Below are positions 30,887-42,669 of a DNA stretch of 64,000 nucleotides, piece by piece. Under the pieces are notes generated by a model, which was given only the letters and a program-made list of their open reading frames with translations, ran no database searches and had not been told where the DNA came from. How positions within the stretch are numbered: the stretch's first letter is position 1; every line of letters starts with the position of its first letter. The DNA comes from Chloropicon primus (taxonomy: Eukaryota): positions 434,001-498,000 of the forward strand of contig CP060767.1 in assembly GCA_023205875.1 (NCBI GenBank), in the 5' to 3' direction. A program made the position numbers and the translations under genes.

Positions 30887-33001
30887 TTATTCCAGGTGTT
30901 TGACCACTGCATCCCGACACCCGAAGTAGCGAATGGGTTGATGACCCTTGTAATACTCGCTAGCCAAGAATATGCCATCTCCTTCACTGGTGTATGTAAC
31001 AGCCTCTGTCTGCCAAAAGGCGTCATCATATTTGCTCGTGACCGAAAGCAATTTCGCGGGTCCAATGTGTCGCAAATCAAATGGAACACTGAGGGGGTAC
31101 TCCCAGATCCCACTGTATGTGCAGGCGACGAGGGCCCTGCCGCTGGGATGCATGTCCATGCCAGTAATAGCCCTGAGCTTGTTCCAGTTCATGCCTCCTT
31201 CTTCGTATTTCTCTTTCGCCCAATCAGGCAAGGCGGGATCGAAAGCTTCGGGACGGAGGAAGGACGTGACCTGTTGGACCCTAGGATTGTTTATCGTGTT
31301 CACAAGCTGCATCTGAATCACAAGTCCAGGGTTGTCGTACACAGCATCCTTCCCCCTCTTTGTGACCTCCCTCAGAATGTTGTGTTTGTCTTTCGCTACA
31401 AGTTCCACTGGGCTCGAGCCGGCGGGCGTTTCCCACATCGTGACGGGACCGTCTCCGTTGTGATTGACAGTCTTCTCGACAAGCCAAAATTTAGTGGCGT
31501 CAGGGGAGACCATGAGAGACTCCACGTCTATCCAAGGCCTCCTGCCCTTGTCGCTGGGGTAGAACCCCTTGGGAAACTGGTAAGGAAAAGTCCAAATGTC
31601 GTAGTCTTCCACCGCGCCATACTTCTCTAGCTTGGGCTCACGGAGAACGTGCACGTAGAAGATGTCCCTGTCCCGCCTCACGTTGCCGCTATCCGCGATC
31701 CAGAGACAGTGGTCTCCGCTTTTGTCGGGACAAAGCGCCACTGCAATATCTTCCCAATCCGTCTCCCCATACTTTTTTGTGTTGACGTAGAGCTTCGAGA
31801 CCACTTCGCCTGTGTGGGCGATGACACCGTACAGGAAGGGCTCCGTGTCTCGGTCTTGGTGTGTCCAGATGATACCCTTGTACCTCCTTGAGGCTGCAAA
31901 GCCACTGGGTTCTTTTAGCCCCGAATCTGAGATGTGTGACACCCCCACTGGGCTGCTGTAAGACGCGCACAATTTTTTGGACGTGAACTCCTCCAAAGCA
32001 TGCTCGGCGATGCTCGGCAGCTTGTCTTCCATGTCGCCCTCGCCAGTTCGAGCGAACTCGAAGCCTCCAGGTGCATGCTCCGCCGGCAGCCAGGTGCGTA
32101 CGGCCTTCTCGCTGGGCTTGCTGTACACCTCCGCCTCGCCGGACGTCCCCTCTTTTTGGTCCGCCTCCGAGTGGGACTTGGGTCCCAAAGCGATGCCATC
32201 GATCCTGAGCTGAAAGCCCTCTCCACCAGCATCCTTGAGCACTATTTTGTTCCACCTGTCCATCTTGGAGGCTTCGAGCAGGCCCTCCAGCTCGACCTTC
32301 ACTCTGACCCAGTTACCGTCGTCAACCAACCGCCCCTGCTGCTGCGAGAACGGAACCAGGCTTGAGAGCAAAAACTCTTTGCTCGCTCTCTTGGATCGGG
32401 AGTCCTCCAAATAAAGCTTGACGGCATTCAGTGCCTGCGGCCTCGCATACTTTCCCATGGTTTTCACAAACGCTCCCGAAACTCTTGGAATGACTCTGCC
32501 ATCTGTCAGATAGAGCCACTTGTCCACGCCGCCGCGAGTGGACCTGACGGCGACATCGCTTCTCTCTGGTGCGCTTCCCAAGGGACCCTGAATTCGGAAG
32601 GTAAGTTCCTGGGACTCTGGATCCGATCCTTCGACGTAATCTGGGTCTTCTGACCCCGCCCCGCCCTCGCCTGCAAGCATTCGGGCCAACGCCAGCGCGC
32701 CCCAGGGGGCAATGTCCGCATCAATGGCTGTCACTCTCCCCTCGAATCCCGGAGTGCTACGAAAGTCAACGGACGTCGCACCCCAGCTGTGGTCCCACCA
32801 CCCCTCCCCGAGCTTGCCGTCGGAGTACACCGAGGTAACGCCCTCTTCTCCCCTGTCCCCTGCAGACAAGCTCGCCGTCGCCGTGAGCAGGAACACTATC
32901 GCGATCACCGTCGTGCTGGGCATGGTGCGCAAAGAAGAAGAAAAGGAAGAGGAAGAGGAACTTCGATGGTGGCGACGACGCATGCTGTGCGGGGATCCCA
33001 T
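30887..33001 (-). CDS. Secreted protein: signal peptide, putative carbohydrate-binding module and bacterial-like beta-propeller
   Basis: Hydrophobic leader VIAIVFLLTATASLSA; VYSDGKLGEGWWDHSW; EPSGFAASR, DWEDIA, LWIADSGN, DVESL, ITGMDM, QTEAVTY blade motifs. Confidence 0.65.
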   Translation of the reverse strand: MGSPHSMRRRHHRSSSSSSFSSSLRTMPSTTVIAIVFLLTATASLSAGDRGEEGVTSVYSDGKLGEGWWDHSWGATSVDFRSTPGFEGRVTAIDADIAPWGALALARMLAGEGGAGSEDPDYVEGSDPESQELTFRIQGPLGSAPERSDVAVRSTRGGVDKWLYLTDGRVIPRVSGAFVKTMGKYARPQALNAVKLYLEDSRSKRASKEFLLSSLVPFSQQQGRLVDDGNWVRVKVELEGLLEASKMDRWNKIVLKDAGGEGFQLRIDGIALGPKSHSEADQKEGTSGEAEVYSKPSEKAVRTWLPAEHAPGGFEFARTGEGDMEDKLPSIAEHALEEFTSKKLCASYSSPVGVSHISDSGLKEPSGFAASRRYKGIIWTHQDRDTEPFLYGVIAHTGEVVSKLYVNTKKYGETDWEDIAVALCPDKSGDHCLWIADSGNVRRDRDIFYVHVLREPKLEKYGAVEDYDIWTFPYQFPKGFYPSDKGRRPWIDVESLMVSPDATKFWLVEKTVNHNGDGPVTMWETPAGSSPVELVAKDKHNILREVTKRGKDAVYDNPGLVIQMQLVNTINNPRVQQVTSFLRPEAFDPALPDWAKEKYEEGGMNWNKLRAITGMDMHPSGRALVACTYSGIWEYPLSVPFDLRHIGPAKLLSVTSKYDDAFWQTEAVTYTSEGDGIFLASEYYKGHQPIRYFGCRDAVVKHLE

Positions 33002-33319
33002 CTCTCGACCGACCTCAAGTCAAAATGAGTCAAAATGATCCAAACCGAAACCGAAACGGAACCGGAATGAGGCTCGTCAATGCCTAGCCTACTGATGACT
33101 CTCTCGTCCCTCTCTCGTCCCTCAGAAACCTTCCCGCGGAAAGTGGAAGTGGATTCAGATTCCTGGCCAGGCAACACAAACGAAGAGTCCTGTCATGTCG
33201 TCGTAACGCCCCAGAGTCCGTTACGCTCCGCATTGCAATCGGCCGCCATCTCCATGACAGAAACCTTTTTTCTGGGCGGTTTTTCTAGGAAGAAAAACTA
33301 AAAAAACGAGATCTGCAAG

Positions 33320-33351
33320 TTTTAGGGTTTTAGGGTTTTAGGGTTTTAGGG
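33320..33351 (+). repeat. Interstitial telomere-like repeat (TTTTAGGG)4 / telo-box-like element
   Basis: Four perfect TTTTAGGG units in a divergent intergenic region. Confidence 0.85.
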
Positions 33352-33837
33352 GAGAGACATTTCCACCTGGAGGGTCCAACGACGCTTCACTAAATCCGTA
33401 CTAAAATCTGTCGATCCAATGTCGATCCAATATTTCCAAAACTAGATTCTAAATTCACAGAGGGAGATGTGTACTCTCCGACAAGTTCACATTTGAATTT
33501 CTCGCCCTCTCGTGTTCTCGGCCACGAATGAGGAAATGGATAAGGAAAGCGACGCGGCGAGGAGAGGTGAGTCCTTGGTACGAAGAGGACGAAGCCAGGC
33601 GACCCAAGGGGTGAGTTTCCGACCCGGAGTGTGGACCAGCGTGTTCTCCATGCCTTGGCCTTTCGTTTGACCCCTTACTCGAAAGAGATGGCGCATCCAT
33701 GGGCTTGGTGAAGCCAAGAGGAAGTGAACTAAAACAAGGGAAGCCTTTTTCTTTTCTTTTCATGCCTATTTCTTCAGTCAGTCAAGTGAGAGAGGTTGGC
33801 TCAGCGTAACGTTTGAACGTTTGAGAGAGAGAGAGAG

Positions 33838-34296
33838 ATGTTGTCGACGAAGAGCTTGAGATGCGGCGGCGGACAAAAAGCCAGTCGCGGAAGTCTGGTG
33901 ATTCAGTGCGCACATAAGAAGGGTTCGGGGAGTACGAAGAACGGCAGGGACTCGAACAGCAAACGACTTGGCGTGAAGGTTTATGGAGGGCAGGTGGTTA
34001 CTCCTGGTGGAATTATCGTGAGGCAGCGTGGGACGAACTTTTACCCGGGAGACAACGTTGGCATGGGGAACGACTATACTTTGTATTCGAAGGTTGAGGG
34101 AGTGGTCGAGTTCGAGTACAAGGCCAAGAGGGGAAGGAAGTATGTGGTGGTGAAAGAACTTGCGGACTTGGAGGGAAAGACGCCGACTGCCTTGGCGCAG
34201 GAGGCCGAGTCGAGTGGAAAGACCCTCACGAGACGCGAGAAGAACCTCTTGAAGTACGCAGAGCTCGGGAGACCGGGTTCCAGGACCTACGAGTAA
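33838..34296 (+). CDS. RPL27: Plastid 50S ribosomal protein bL27 with transit peptide
   Basis: [23 protein letters not shown]...IIVRQRGT; ~24-aa N-terminal presequence. Confidence 0.96.
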   Translation: MLSTKSLRCGGGQKASRGSLVIQCAHKKGSGSTKNGRDSNSKRLGVKVYGGQVVTPGGIIVRQRGTNFYPGDNVGMGNDYTLYSKVEGVVEFEYKAKRGRKYVVVKELADLEGKTPTALAQEAESSGKTLTRREKNLLKYAELGRPGSRTYE

Positions 34297-34404
34297 TAGA
34301 AGCGAGCGAACACGCACGCGTCGTGCTTGCATCTTTTGTAACAAAAACAATCAGGCAGTATGATGATCTCTTCTTCCCAGAAACAAAAACTTAGACAAAA
34401 AAAT

Positions 34405-37400
34405 TCAAAACGTGACGTGAAAGTTATGCCAAGCAGCTGCTGCGTGGTTCTCGCGCAGCCAATTCCACGCCAGCCTTGGATCCCGGGTCTCCAGAATTTT
34501 ACTATAGAACGAGTTGGCCAATTTCTTGGTGACCCGTGCCAAGTCCTGTGCATCTCCCGCGACTTGCGTGACGTGCCGCAGCTTCGGGCCAATCACCGCA
34601 GCTGCTCCAGACTTCAACAGGTAGGACCTCAGGGGCATTGGTATAGGGTAAGAGCAAACAATGGCCTTTCCAGAGACTTGGCGAGAACTCATGGAGAAGA
34701 CATCCTGAGGCTTGCGGCACTCAAAGGTGCAGACTGTGGTCGTTGCTGGAGTACCCTGTAACGATAATGACAAGGAAGACTTGGATATCGTTTGCGACTC
34801 GCAGTGGACGAGCACTCGGTTCGTCATGCAAATGACCTTGCTTCCAATGGAATGGAAGAAAGCCCCAAAGGTCTTTGGCTCAGGCTCGTGGCTCGGAATG
34901 CCCTGGCCCTCCCTCATTCGAGCGCAATGAGCAACCATTTCTTGGAGAAGATTCTTGGCCTCGGCTGTGCTCTCAACGACGCTAAAGGTTTCTTCTTCGG
35001 ACCACCTGGCCACAAATCCCTCATCTAGCGCAATGCAATCCAAGTGAATCAAGAAGGCGTTGCCCAAGGTCTTCGCCATTTTATCGCTCTCCATAGCCAA
35101 GCAATACTCAGAGGAGAGGACCTTAAGCTCGCACGCTTCGTTTTGCCAACAAGCTTCGTACACACAGCGGCTGCTCAGAGCCTGAACCTCGTGTTGACTC
35201 GTGAAATCCTGGATGCAAACAGCCCCATTCCTCGCAACGGCGGGAGGCGCCTGTGGTGCAGCAGATTTGGTGAGAAAACCGTCTTGCGAGGGCTCCTTCA
35301 TGGTATGGACACCCATGGCATCCACGGCATTCGATACGTGGTTCCTTCCGATGTTTGAATCACCCCCGCGAATGGAGACCTCAGTCTCAGAGAGTTCTGT
35401 ACCCCTAACCAACGCCTCGCACATTTCGTCAAAGCGATCGTCATTACTTTGGATGTACTCGGTGTAGGCTTCTTTCAGCAGGGCAAGCTTGGTTTCGTTC
35501 ACCTCATCAAGCAGGAGGTCGCACCTTTCATCCTCTGGCTGAAATCTGTAGTACTTGCAACTGATGTGGTTCGTAGGATTCTTCAGGTAAGCGGCGATCC
35601 CCTCCATTGTCGAGTGGTCTCTGTCAACACTGGTTGCAGACTCCATTACTGCCAGCATTGTCTCCATCACAGTCTTCTGTTTCGGCGGCATGAGCTCATG
35701 CTTTGGTACCCCGTTCCCCAAGCTCACCACAACCTCCACCCTCTGATCAGGCCAGATGCAACTCGCTTCTTGGAAGCCAATGACAACAGGGTTGTTGCTG
35801 CACAGGGCTCCGTCCTGCAGCAAGAGCTCCTGATTGTGTACGTAGCCCTCCACGTACAAGGGAGCTGCCGTGCTTGCCCTAAGGCTCTGCCACATTGAAA
35901 ATGACGATGTCCCCTCGAGCCCCTGCCCTCCTACCCGGCTCATACGTTCCTTGTAATGCCCATCCCTGTTGGGGGGGGAACTCGTACGTCCGAAGAATGT
36001 ATCCGCAAGGCCTTCAGAGAGAAATAATGTTAGACAGAAGGTTGACGCGGCATGGACAACGTTTCGTCGATGAAGAAGGAGAGTGGGATTTTCTCACCTG
36101 GCAACGTTTGTGAGGGATGCAACGCAAGCGACTCTCGGCCTTCCGAGGGGCGCTAGATTGATCATGGACCTCGAGAACGCACAAAACCTTTCATCGTCGA
36201 CCACGTCTGGTATCTTCGCCCACCTCTTGTAGAAATCTTCCAGCAACTCGTGGTTGTACATGCAGCCCTTAAAGAGTGCCCGAATATTTTGAGTTCCAGC
36301 AATGTAAAGACTGCTCATCTCCGCCACCCAGCCACTGTCGCTGTTCTTGCCTTGCGAGTTCTTGAACACCGTAGTCAGAGTATCGTAGGCCTCCTCGACC
36401 TCTTCGACTCTCATGGCGAGTGCACCTAACCCCATGGCTATGATGCTCCCTGTGCTTGTGCCCACGATCAGATCAAACAAATCACAGATCAGCTTTCCAG
36501 TCTTTCTCTCCATCACTCGGCACATCTCGAGGGCACAACGCCCTTTGGAGCCCCCGCCATCGATCGATAGGATTCTAATACCCCTCCTCTTGCCTGCGAC
36601 AGAATGGAGAATGTCGTCCAACTTCTGGTTTAATCCAAGAATTGCCATCACCCTTAATGCACACCTCACACAAATGCCTGCACTGTCGGAGATTTCCCTT
36701 GACCTTAAGAGGCGCTTCTCCCTCTCCGCCTCCTTCCTTGGGCTCCCGTTCGAACTTTTCTTACCAAGAAGCACCTCAATGCCACGCTCCTTTGCAATGA
36801 ACTTGTTCCCCAAGGAGATCACCATCTCAATGGCATTCAATAAAGCGTCGTTTCCCGCCATCTTCTCCCGGTTTTCCACGCTCAGGGCCAGGTTCCCCAT
36901 GCACTCGAGGGCCTTGCCGCAAATATCCAGGCCGAACAGATTTTCTTTGAACTCAGACTCTGATTTTGGTGCAGACAAGTGAGACACCTTCCGTTCTCGA
37001 GTCATCCATTTCATAGCCTGCTTGCAAGTGATGTTGGCAAGCAAGGTCAATATTGTGTCTGAGAAAATGTGACGAGAAAACTGGTCGGACGTGAATGTGA
37101 TGTGAGACAGCAGCTTTATCCCAGCCTCCTGGTCGATGACTTTCTCTGACCCCAAGAGAGTCGAAACGCATTGCTGCATGTTGTTTTCCAAAAGTCGATC
37201 CATGATGTCGCACTTGCTGAAAGCACTGATCAGGCACTGGCTCGACCTTTTCACTACGTCGACGTCATTGCTTAGGGTCAGAAGCACGAGCTGCTGCAGC
37301 ACGCCCCTCTCCTGGGACGCTACATACTCACAGGCCTCTTTGTCCTCAAACGCCTGTAGAATCGCGGACAGCACAAGAGGATGGGCTTCACTCCTTCCCA

Positions 37401-38442
37401 CGAAGAGGTCAAAGAATGGGATCCATTTGTTTGACAACATTGCCTTCTTCAGCGGTGTCAAAAAGCTAGTAGTCTCGCTGAAGATCGTGGCCACACCCTC
37501 GTACTTGAGTTGGTGAGAATCCAAACAGTCTTCACCGCCACCTGGATGTTCCTCCGCGACGTTTCCCCTGATCACCAAGTTCGCGATGCTCAACTCCTGG
37601 AGCGTCGTGTTGCCTACCAGTGGTGGCAGGTACAGCAGCGAGTTACCTTTCAGAAGGAGCCTCTTCAGCCGAATGAGCTTATTGAAGGGGCAAATAATGG
37701 TAGTAAGTCTGTTGTCCTCCAAGTTCAGAGTCTCGAGCATCATCAGGGTGGACAGGGAAGCTGGCAGCGCCGTCAAAGCGTTGTGGCTTGCTATCAAGAC
37801 CTCCAGTTTTATCAGCTTTCTGACGACCTTGTTTGGCAACTCCACCAGCTTGTTTTGGCTCAGGTTCAGGGACCTAAGCTGCTGACCGAGCTCTCCCAGG
37901 GACTCGGGGAACACCCCAATGCCGCAGCAGCTGCAGTCAAGTTGGGTTAGCCCTGCAAAGGAAAAGTTGTCGATCCACTTGAAGAAACTCAGCTGGGCTC
38001 CCTCCTGCACTCGTATCCTCTGAATGTCCGCAATCTCGCTGTCGCCCAACACCAAGTGCAGGCTAAGGGCTTCGGATCCCGTGCCAAGGGAGTGAAAGGT
38101 CACTGTGTCAAGCTTCGGTTCTCTTGTGGTGGTTTCCAAGGACACCCTCACCGCTTTCTCCTCGCCCCGCTCACTACATGACTCCTGCAGCACGTCTATC
38201 CCCACTGCGACATGCTCAAAGGTGTGCAGAGACTTGCCTAGATCGATGGCAAGCAGCTTCTGCTTCCTGGCCTCCTCGACATGATCGCTGACACACCACT
38301 TGAGCTCGATATCAAGGGTGTCCTCTCCATCCCGGTGGAGACAACGCAAGTCGTGCCGCTCCGCGGATATGTACGACAAGCTCGCCTTGACCAGACTCTT
38401 CTGCTCGGATCCGAGGAATATTTCACTTGCTCGGCGAAGCAT
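34405..38442 (-). CDS. LRR-ARM-patatin phospholipase A (plant PLA-I type); intron 36012-36097 and an apparent +1 indel in the G8 run at 35971-35978
   Basis: LRR repeats, ARM-like helices, RILSIDGGG, GTSTG nucleophile elbow, RASTAAP, DGA, YYRFQP. Confidence 0.88.
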
Positions 38443-38916
38443 TGTGGCACTTGGAGGCCAGGCACCAACAACGAGACTGGAGAGGTCCCAGAAATCTACA
38501 TCCAAACCAACAGCCAAGAGCTTCACAAGGCTGTGTCCAAAGTATATCCAAGCTCGAAGGCCTTGGCCCTTTCCAGGAGCGAAACACGCGGTCCTTCGCC
38601 CCAGAGGAGAACCACAAAAAGCAACCGGTGAGCACCTCGCCGGCTTCTCGGCAACTTTGCCAGGTCACCAAGGTACCTCCTTGGTTTGTGTGACCTCCTC
38701 TTGACTTTTGTCCTTTTTGCGAACCTCACCGCTTCGTCATTTCTCTCAAGTGAGGACTCAAACGAAAGAGGAAGGGGAAGGGGAAGAAAGATTCTATCTT
38801 TTATTGATGTGCACAGAAAATTGCTTTCCTCTCCTCTCCTCTCCTCTCCTCTCCTCTCTCTCTCCTTCCTTCTGTCTCCTTCTCTTCTGTCTCTTCGGCT
38901 TTCATCAACCACCGAT

Positions 38917-39640
38917 GAGACAGAGAGACAGAGAGAAGGAAGGTTTTGCTCGTGACAATGGAACGGAGAGGGGGGAATTAGGCTTGGCCATCGGGTAAGT
39001 CTTGCTCCTCCTCCCCCTTGATCGCATGAATGAATGCTCTTCTGCTTCCCTGCCCTTGTCTCCTGGTACTTTGGCTTGGAGACAGAGAGAGAGAGAGACA
39101 GAGAGACAGAGAGACAGAGAGAGGAAGGTTTTGCTCGTGACAATGGAACGGAGAGGGGGGAATTAGGCTTGGCCATCGGGTAAGTCTTGCTCCTCCTCCC
39201 CCTTGATCGCATGAATGAATGCTCTTCTGCTTCCCTGCCCTTGTCTCCTGGTACTTTGGCTTGGAGACAGAGAGAGAGAGACAGAGAGACAGAGAGACAG
39301 AGAGAGGAAGGTTTTGCTCGTGACAATGGAACGGAGAGGGGGGAATTAGGCTTGGCCATCGGGTAAGTCTTGCTCCTCCTCCCCCTTGATCGCATGAATG
39401 AATGCTCTTCTGCTTCCCTGCCCTTGTCTCCTGGTACTTTGGCTTGGAGACAGAGAGACAGAGAGACAGAGAGACAGAGAGACAGAGAGAGGAAGGTTTT
39501 GCTCGTGACAATGGAACGGAGAGGGGGGAATTAGGCTTGGCCATCGGGTAAGTCTTGCTCCTCCTCCCCCTTGATCGCATGAATGAATGCTCTTCTGCTT
39601 CCCTGCCCTTCTCTCCTGGTTTTGGCTTAGAGACAGAGAG
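38917..39640 (+). repeat. ~184-bp tandem repeat x4 with an embedded GA/GACA microsatellite
   Basis: GGAAGGTTTTGCTCGTGACAATGG at about 38938, 39123, 39306, 39491. Confidence 0.96.
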
Positions 39641-39709
39641 AGAGAGGAAAGATTTGGGCTGGAGCGGTGACGTAACGGGCGGAGCGTTAGGGTTTGAGGG
39701 AGAGAGAGG

Positions 39710-40705
39710 ATGATGAGAGGTGGGCTAAGAGTGGCGAGGTTGTTGGGTGTGGAGGTGGCGCCATGGACGGGTCTCGGGTGGAAGGCCACCCCTCTGAAAA
39801 GCGACGCCCGGTTTTATGCCGCGTACAAGGCGAAGGAGATGACCAAAGAGAACAGGAGGTACCACTGGATCGAGCCTGAAGCGGAGAGGTTGATTGCGAG
39901 GGCGTACGCGAGGCACAAGACGCTGGTCGAGAGAGACGTGGCGATGCCGAACGGGTGGCGATCGTTCCCGCCCTCGATATCGCTGAAGGATTTGGAGAGC
40001 GAGGCGATCGCGAAGGAGTACCACTACGAGCCGAGGACGCTGGGGGACCGGATCGCCAAGAAGCTCGTGGATGGGGGGGAGAAGCTGATGGAGCTCTTCT
40101 TCCGCGAGAAGTACGACCACCACGCTGTGACTCTGGAGACCGTTGCAGCGGTGCCCGGAGTCGTGGGCGCTGCGCACAGGCACCTCAGGTCGCTGCGCTG
40201 CATGAAGCGCGACCACGGTTGGATCAATCCCCTCCAGGAGGAAGCAGAGAACGAGAGGATGCACCTCTTGATCTGGATGCAGCACACAAAACCCACGAGC
40301 TTTGAGAGGGCCTTTGTGATGTGCGCTCAAGGGGTTTACGTTGCGGCCTACAGCGTTCTGATGTTTTTGTCTCCCCGCACCGCTCACCGCACAGTTGGTT
40401 ACCTGGAAGAGGCGGCGCACAGAGCCTACACCGAGTATCTCGAGGCGGTGGACGAGGGGGCCATCCCAAATGTCCCTGCGGGAGACATCGCGAAGGCCTA
40501 CTATCGCTTGCCAGATGATGCCACCCTCCGAGACGTGATCTTACACGTGAGGGCGGACGAGTGCATGCACCGGGACTTCAACCACCACTTGGGCGATTTG
40601 TACGACAGCAATGAGCAGGACGAGTTCCCTGTAAAGATGGACGAGAATGCAAGCAAGGACGCCACCACCAACTCCAGACCTTCCTTAGAGAGAGACACGG
40701 CATAA
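39710..40705 (+). CDS. AOX: Alternative oxidase (ubiquinol oxidase)
   Basis: Diiron motifs LETVAAVPG, EEAENERMHL, GYLEEAA...Y, RADE..HRDFNH. Confidence 0.95.
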   Translation: MMRGGLRVARLLGVEVAPWTGLGWKATPLKSDARFYAAYKAKEMTKENRRYHWIEPEAERLIARAYARHKTLVERDVAMPNGWRSFPPSISLKDLESEAIAKEYHYEPRTLGDRIAKKLVDGGEKLMELFFREKYDHHAVTLETVAAVPGVVGAAHRHLRSLRCMKRDHGWINPLQEEAENERMHLLIWMQHTKPTSFERAFVMCAQGVYVAAYSVLMFLSPRTAHRTVGYLEEAAHRAYTEYLEAVDEGAIPNVPAGDIAKAYYRLPDDATLRDVILHVRADECMHRDFNHHLGDLYDSNEQDEFPVKMDENASKDATTNSRPSLERDTA

Positions 40706-41313
40706 GTCGACAGAGCACTTTGGTTGGTGCCGTGAACATTCATTTCATTTCATTCCTTTGAGCGACTTTCAGGGCTCCTCACGCACTTGCGCTACCAGGC
40801 AGGATCTCAGTCCCTGGCTGCGTTTCGATTCACAACACAACACGGGGTCCTTCGCCACTCGTCCACCACCGACGACACTCCCTCTCTCTCTCTCTCTCTC
40901 TCTCGCGACCTTCACCCCCTTCACCCCCATCATCACTCCTCTTAATCACTGTCAAGTGAAAGAAAGAGCAATGCTCTGTTAGAAAGAAAGAGCACGACAC
41001 GATGCTTCTAACCCACCGCTTCCGCTACTCCTCTTGTCCCTCGGGCATCGCTCCTCGGCATCGGCATGGCCATCATCATCTCATCCACCCTTCCCCTCGC
41101 CCGGGCCCTTTTTCCCTCCAAAAGATTTGCTTTTTGCTCTCGGCGAGCGAGCGAAGGGGAAGCGAGGTGAGTCTAGGGCAAAGACGGACACTGTAAGGTG
41201 GCGTCGTGCGACGGAGGTGGTGACAGGCGGAAGCGTTACGCCTTCCTCTTTCGTTAGACACCTCTCGCGAAACGAGTGGAGGTCTCACGAACATGTTCTG
41301 ACACTGCATTGTT

Positions 41314-42555
41314 ATGCCAAAAGTGGGTTGTTTGGTTTGGAGAGCCATGAGAGTGGAGTGCATGACGAGGACGAGGACGACGAGGGGGAGGAGCGGACCG
41401 AGGGCGAGGACATCGTCGTGGTCAGCGGCGAGGACATCGAGGAGTGCGACGCATCTGCCGAGGTGCGAAGGAGGAGGGAACGGAGGGAGGAACGGGAACC
41501 AAGGGAAGAGGTTTGTTGGGGATCACGGGGATGATGATGATCGTGCCGGGCGTCACGAAGAGTTTCGTGGATTAGTGTATGGCCTCGGTGCTCTCGGAGT
41601 ATCAGCGGTTTTGACTTCCTCTTCCACTTCGGGTGCGAGGGATGTGGCTCTGGCTGCGGACGTGCCCGAAGCAAGTGACCTAGCTGTGTGGCTGAGCCAG
41701 ATCACCGCGGCCATCAAGGGAAGAGGGAAGCAACCAGAGGTGGCGATGAAAGCGACGCCGGACAGGGCGACCAAGCTCCTTATCGGGAAGGGGTCATCTT
41801 GCGCCGGCGTTGCCTTCATGTGGAAAACTCTGCTTTGCTGGTGCACGGAAGACGTTGAACTGGCGAGCACGGCCACAGACCTGGGTTTCCTTTCCTTTTT
41901 GGGCTGCTTCGCGCTTCACGCCATCAAGGATGAATTCAGTAACTGCAGAACCTTCTTGCTCCAAGCCTGCCTCTCTCACATCTTTCTCGAAACTGTTTTC
42001 GATATGGGGGTGCTGAAGATGCTGGAGCCGGAGGCCAAGCGGAGAATATCGTGGGACATGGTGATACACCACATCGGGTCTTTGGCAACTGGGATATATT
42101 GCACCCGCGTGGGAGGTGGGAAGTTCTCCACAGGCGACTTTCTGAAGCAGGGTGCGAGGCTTGCTTGCACGGAGATCACGACCGGCTTTCCTGTCGCATT
42201 CAAAGCTGCCATCAAGAACAAGAGGTTCAGGGGGAAGAGGAGAACGTTCTTTGCCGCCGCGATGCCGATCGCGTTTGTCTGGAGAAGCCTTCACACCCTC
42301 GATGTCATGAGGTCGTTCTTGCGAACGGTCGAGGAGTGCGGTGGCAGGAAGGCCATCCCAAGCAAGTGGCTGGGAGCAAGTTGCTTTGGTTCGGTTGTGG
42401 GTTGCAACATGTATTGGACGATTCGGATCCTTAGCGGCGTGGTGAGGACGCTTGCAGGCAAAGGAAAGTTGGGGAAGGGCAAGGGGAAGAAGGAAAAGGA
42501 GGAGGACGAGAAGAAAGGCAAAAGCGAAGGAAAGAATGACGCCCGCAGTGAGTAG
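41314..42555 (+). CDS. TLC (TRAM/LAG1/CLN8)-domain-like multi-pass membrane protein
   Basis: Several hydrophobic helices; DMVIHHI, TEITTGF and NMYW resemble the TLC HH, E.STPF and N.YW motifs. Confidence 0.6.
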   Translation: MPKVGCLVWRAMRVECMTRTRTTRGRSGPRARTSSWSAARTSRSATHLPRCEGGGNGGRNGNQGKRFVGDHGDDDDRAGRHEEFRGLVYGLGALGVSAVLTSSSTSGARDVALAADVPEASDLAVWLSQITAAIKGRGKQPEVAMKATPDRATKLLIGKGSSCAGVAFMWKTLLCWCTEDVELASTATDLGFLSFLGCFALHAIKDEFSNCRTFLLQACLSHIFLETVFDMGVLKMLEPEAKRRISWDMVIHHIGSLATGIYCTRVGGGKFSTGDFLKQGARLACTEITTGFPVAFKAAIKNKRFRGKRRTFFAAAMPIAFVWRSLHTLDVMRSFLRTVEECGGRKAIPSKWLGASCFGSVVGCNMYWTIRILSGVVRTLAGKGKLGKGKGKKEKEEDEKKGKSEGKNDARSE

Positions 42556-42669
42556 TAAAAATGTTAATAATTCTGAAAAACAAAAAGTGCTAGTACTACA
42601 AAGACGAACGATTATTTCTTGCTCCACACAGAGTGTGAGCGGCAGCCCTCTTCTGGTGCGTGCTGGGGG

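Noticed and set aside
33484..33750. Possible structured ncRNA (terminal AGTTCAC/GTGAACT pairing, downstream T-run)
   Set aside because: Could not find convincing RNase P/MRP, SRP, U3 or telomerase-template motifs; needs an Infernal/Rfam search.
38523..39789. Repetitive ORFs of 147-290 aa
   Set aside because: Translations of the 184-bp tandem repeat and GA microsatellite.
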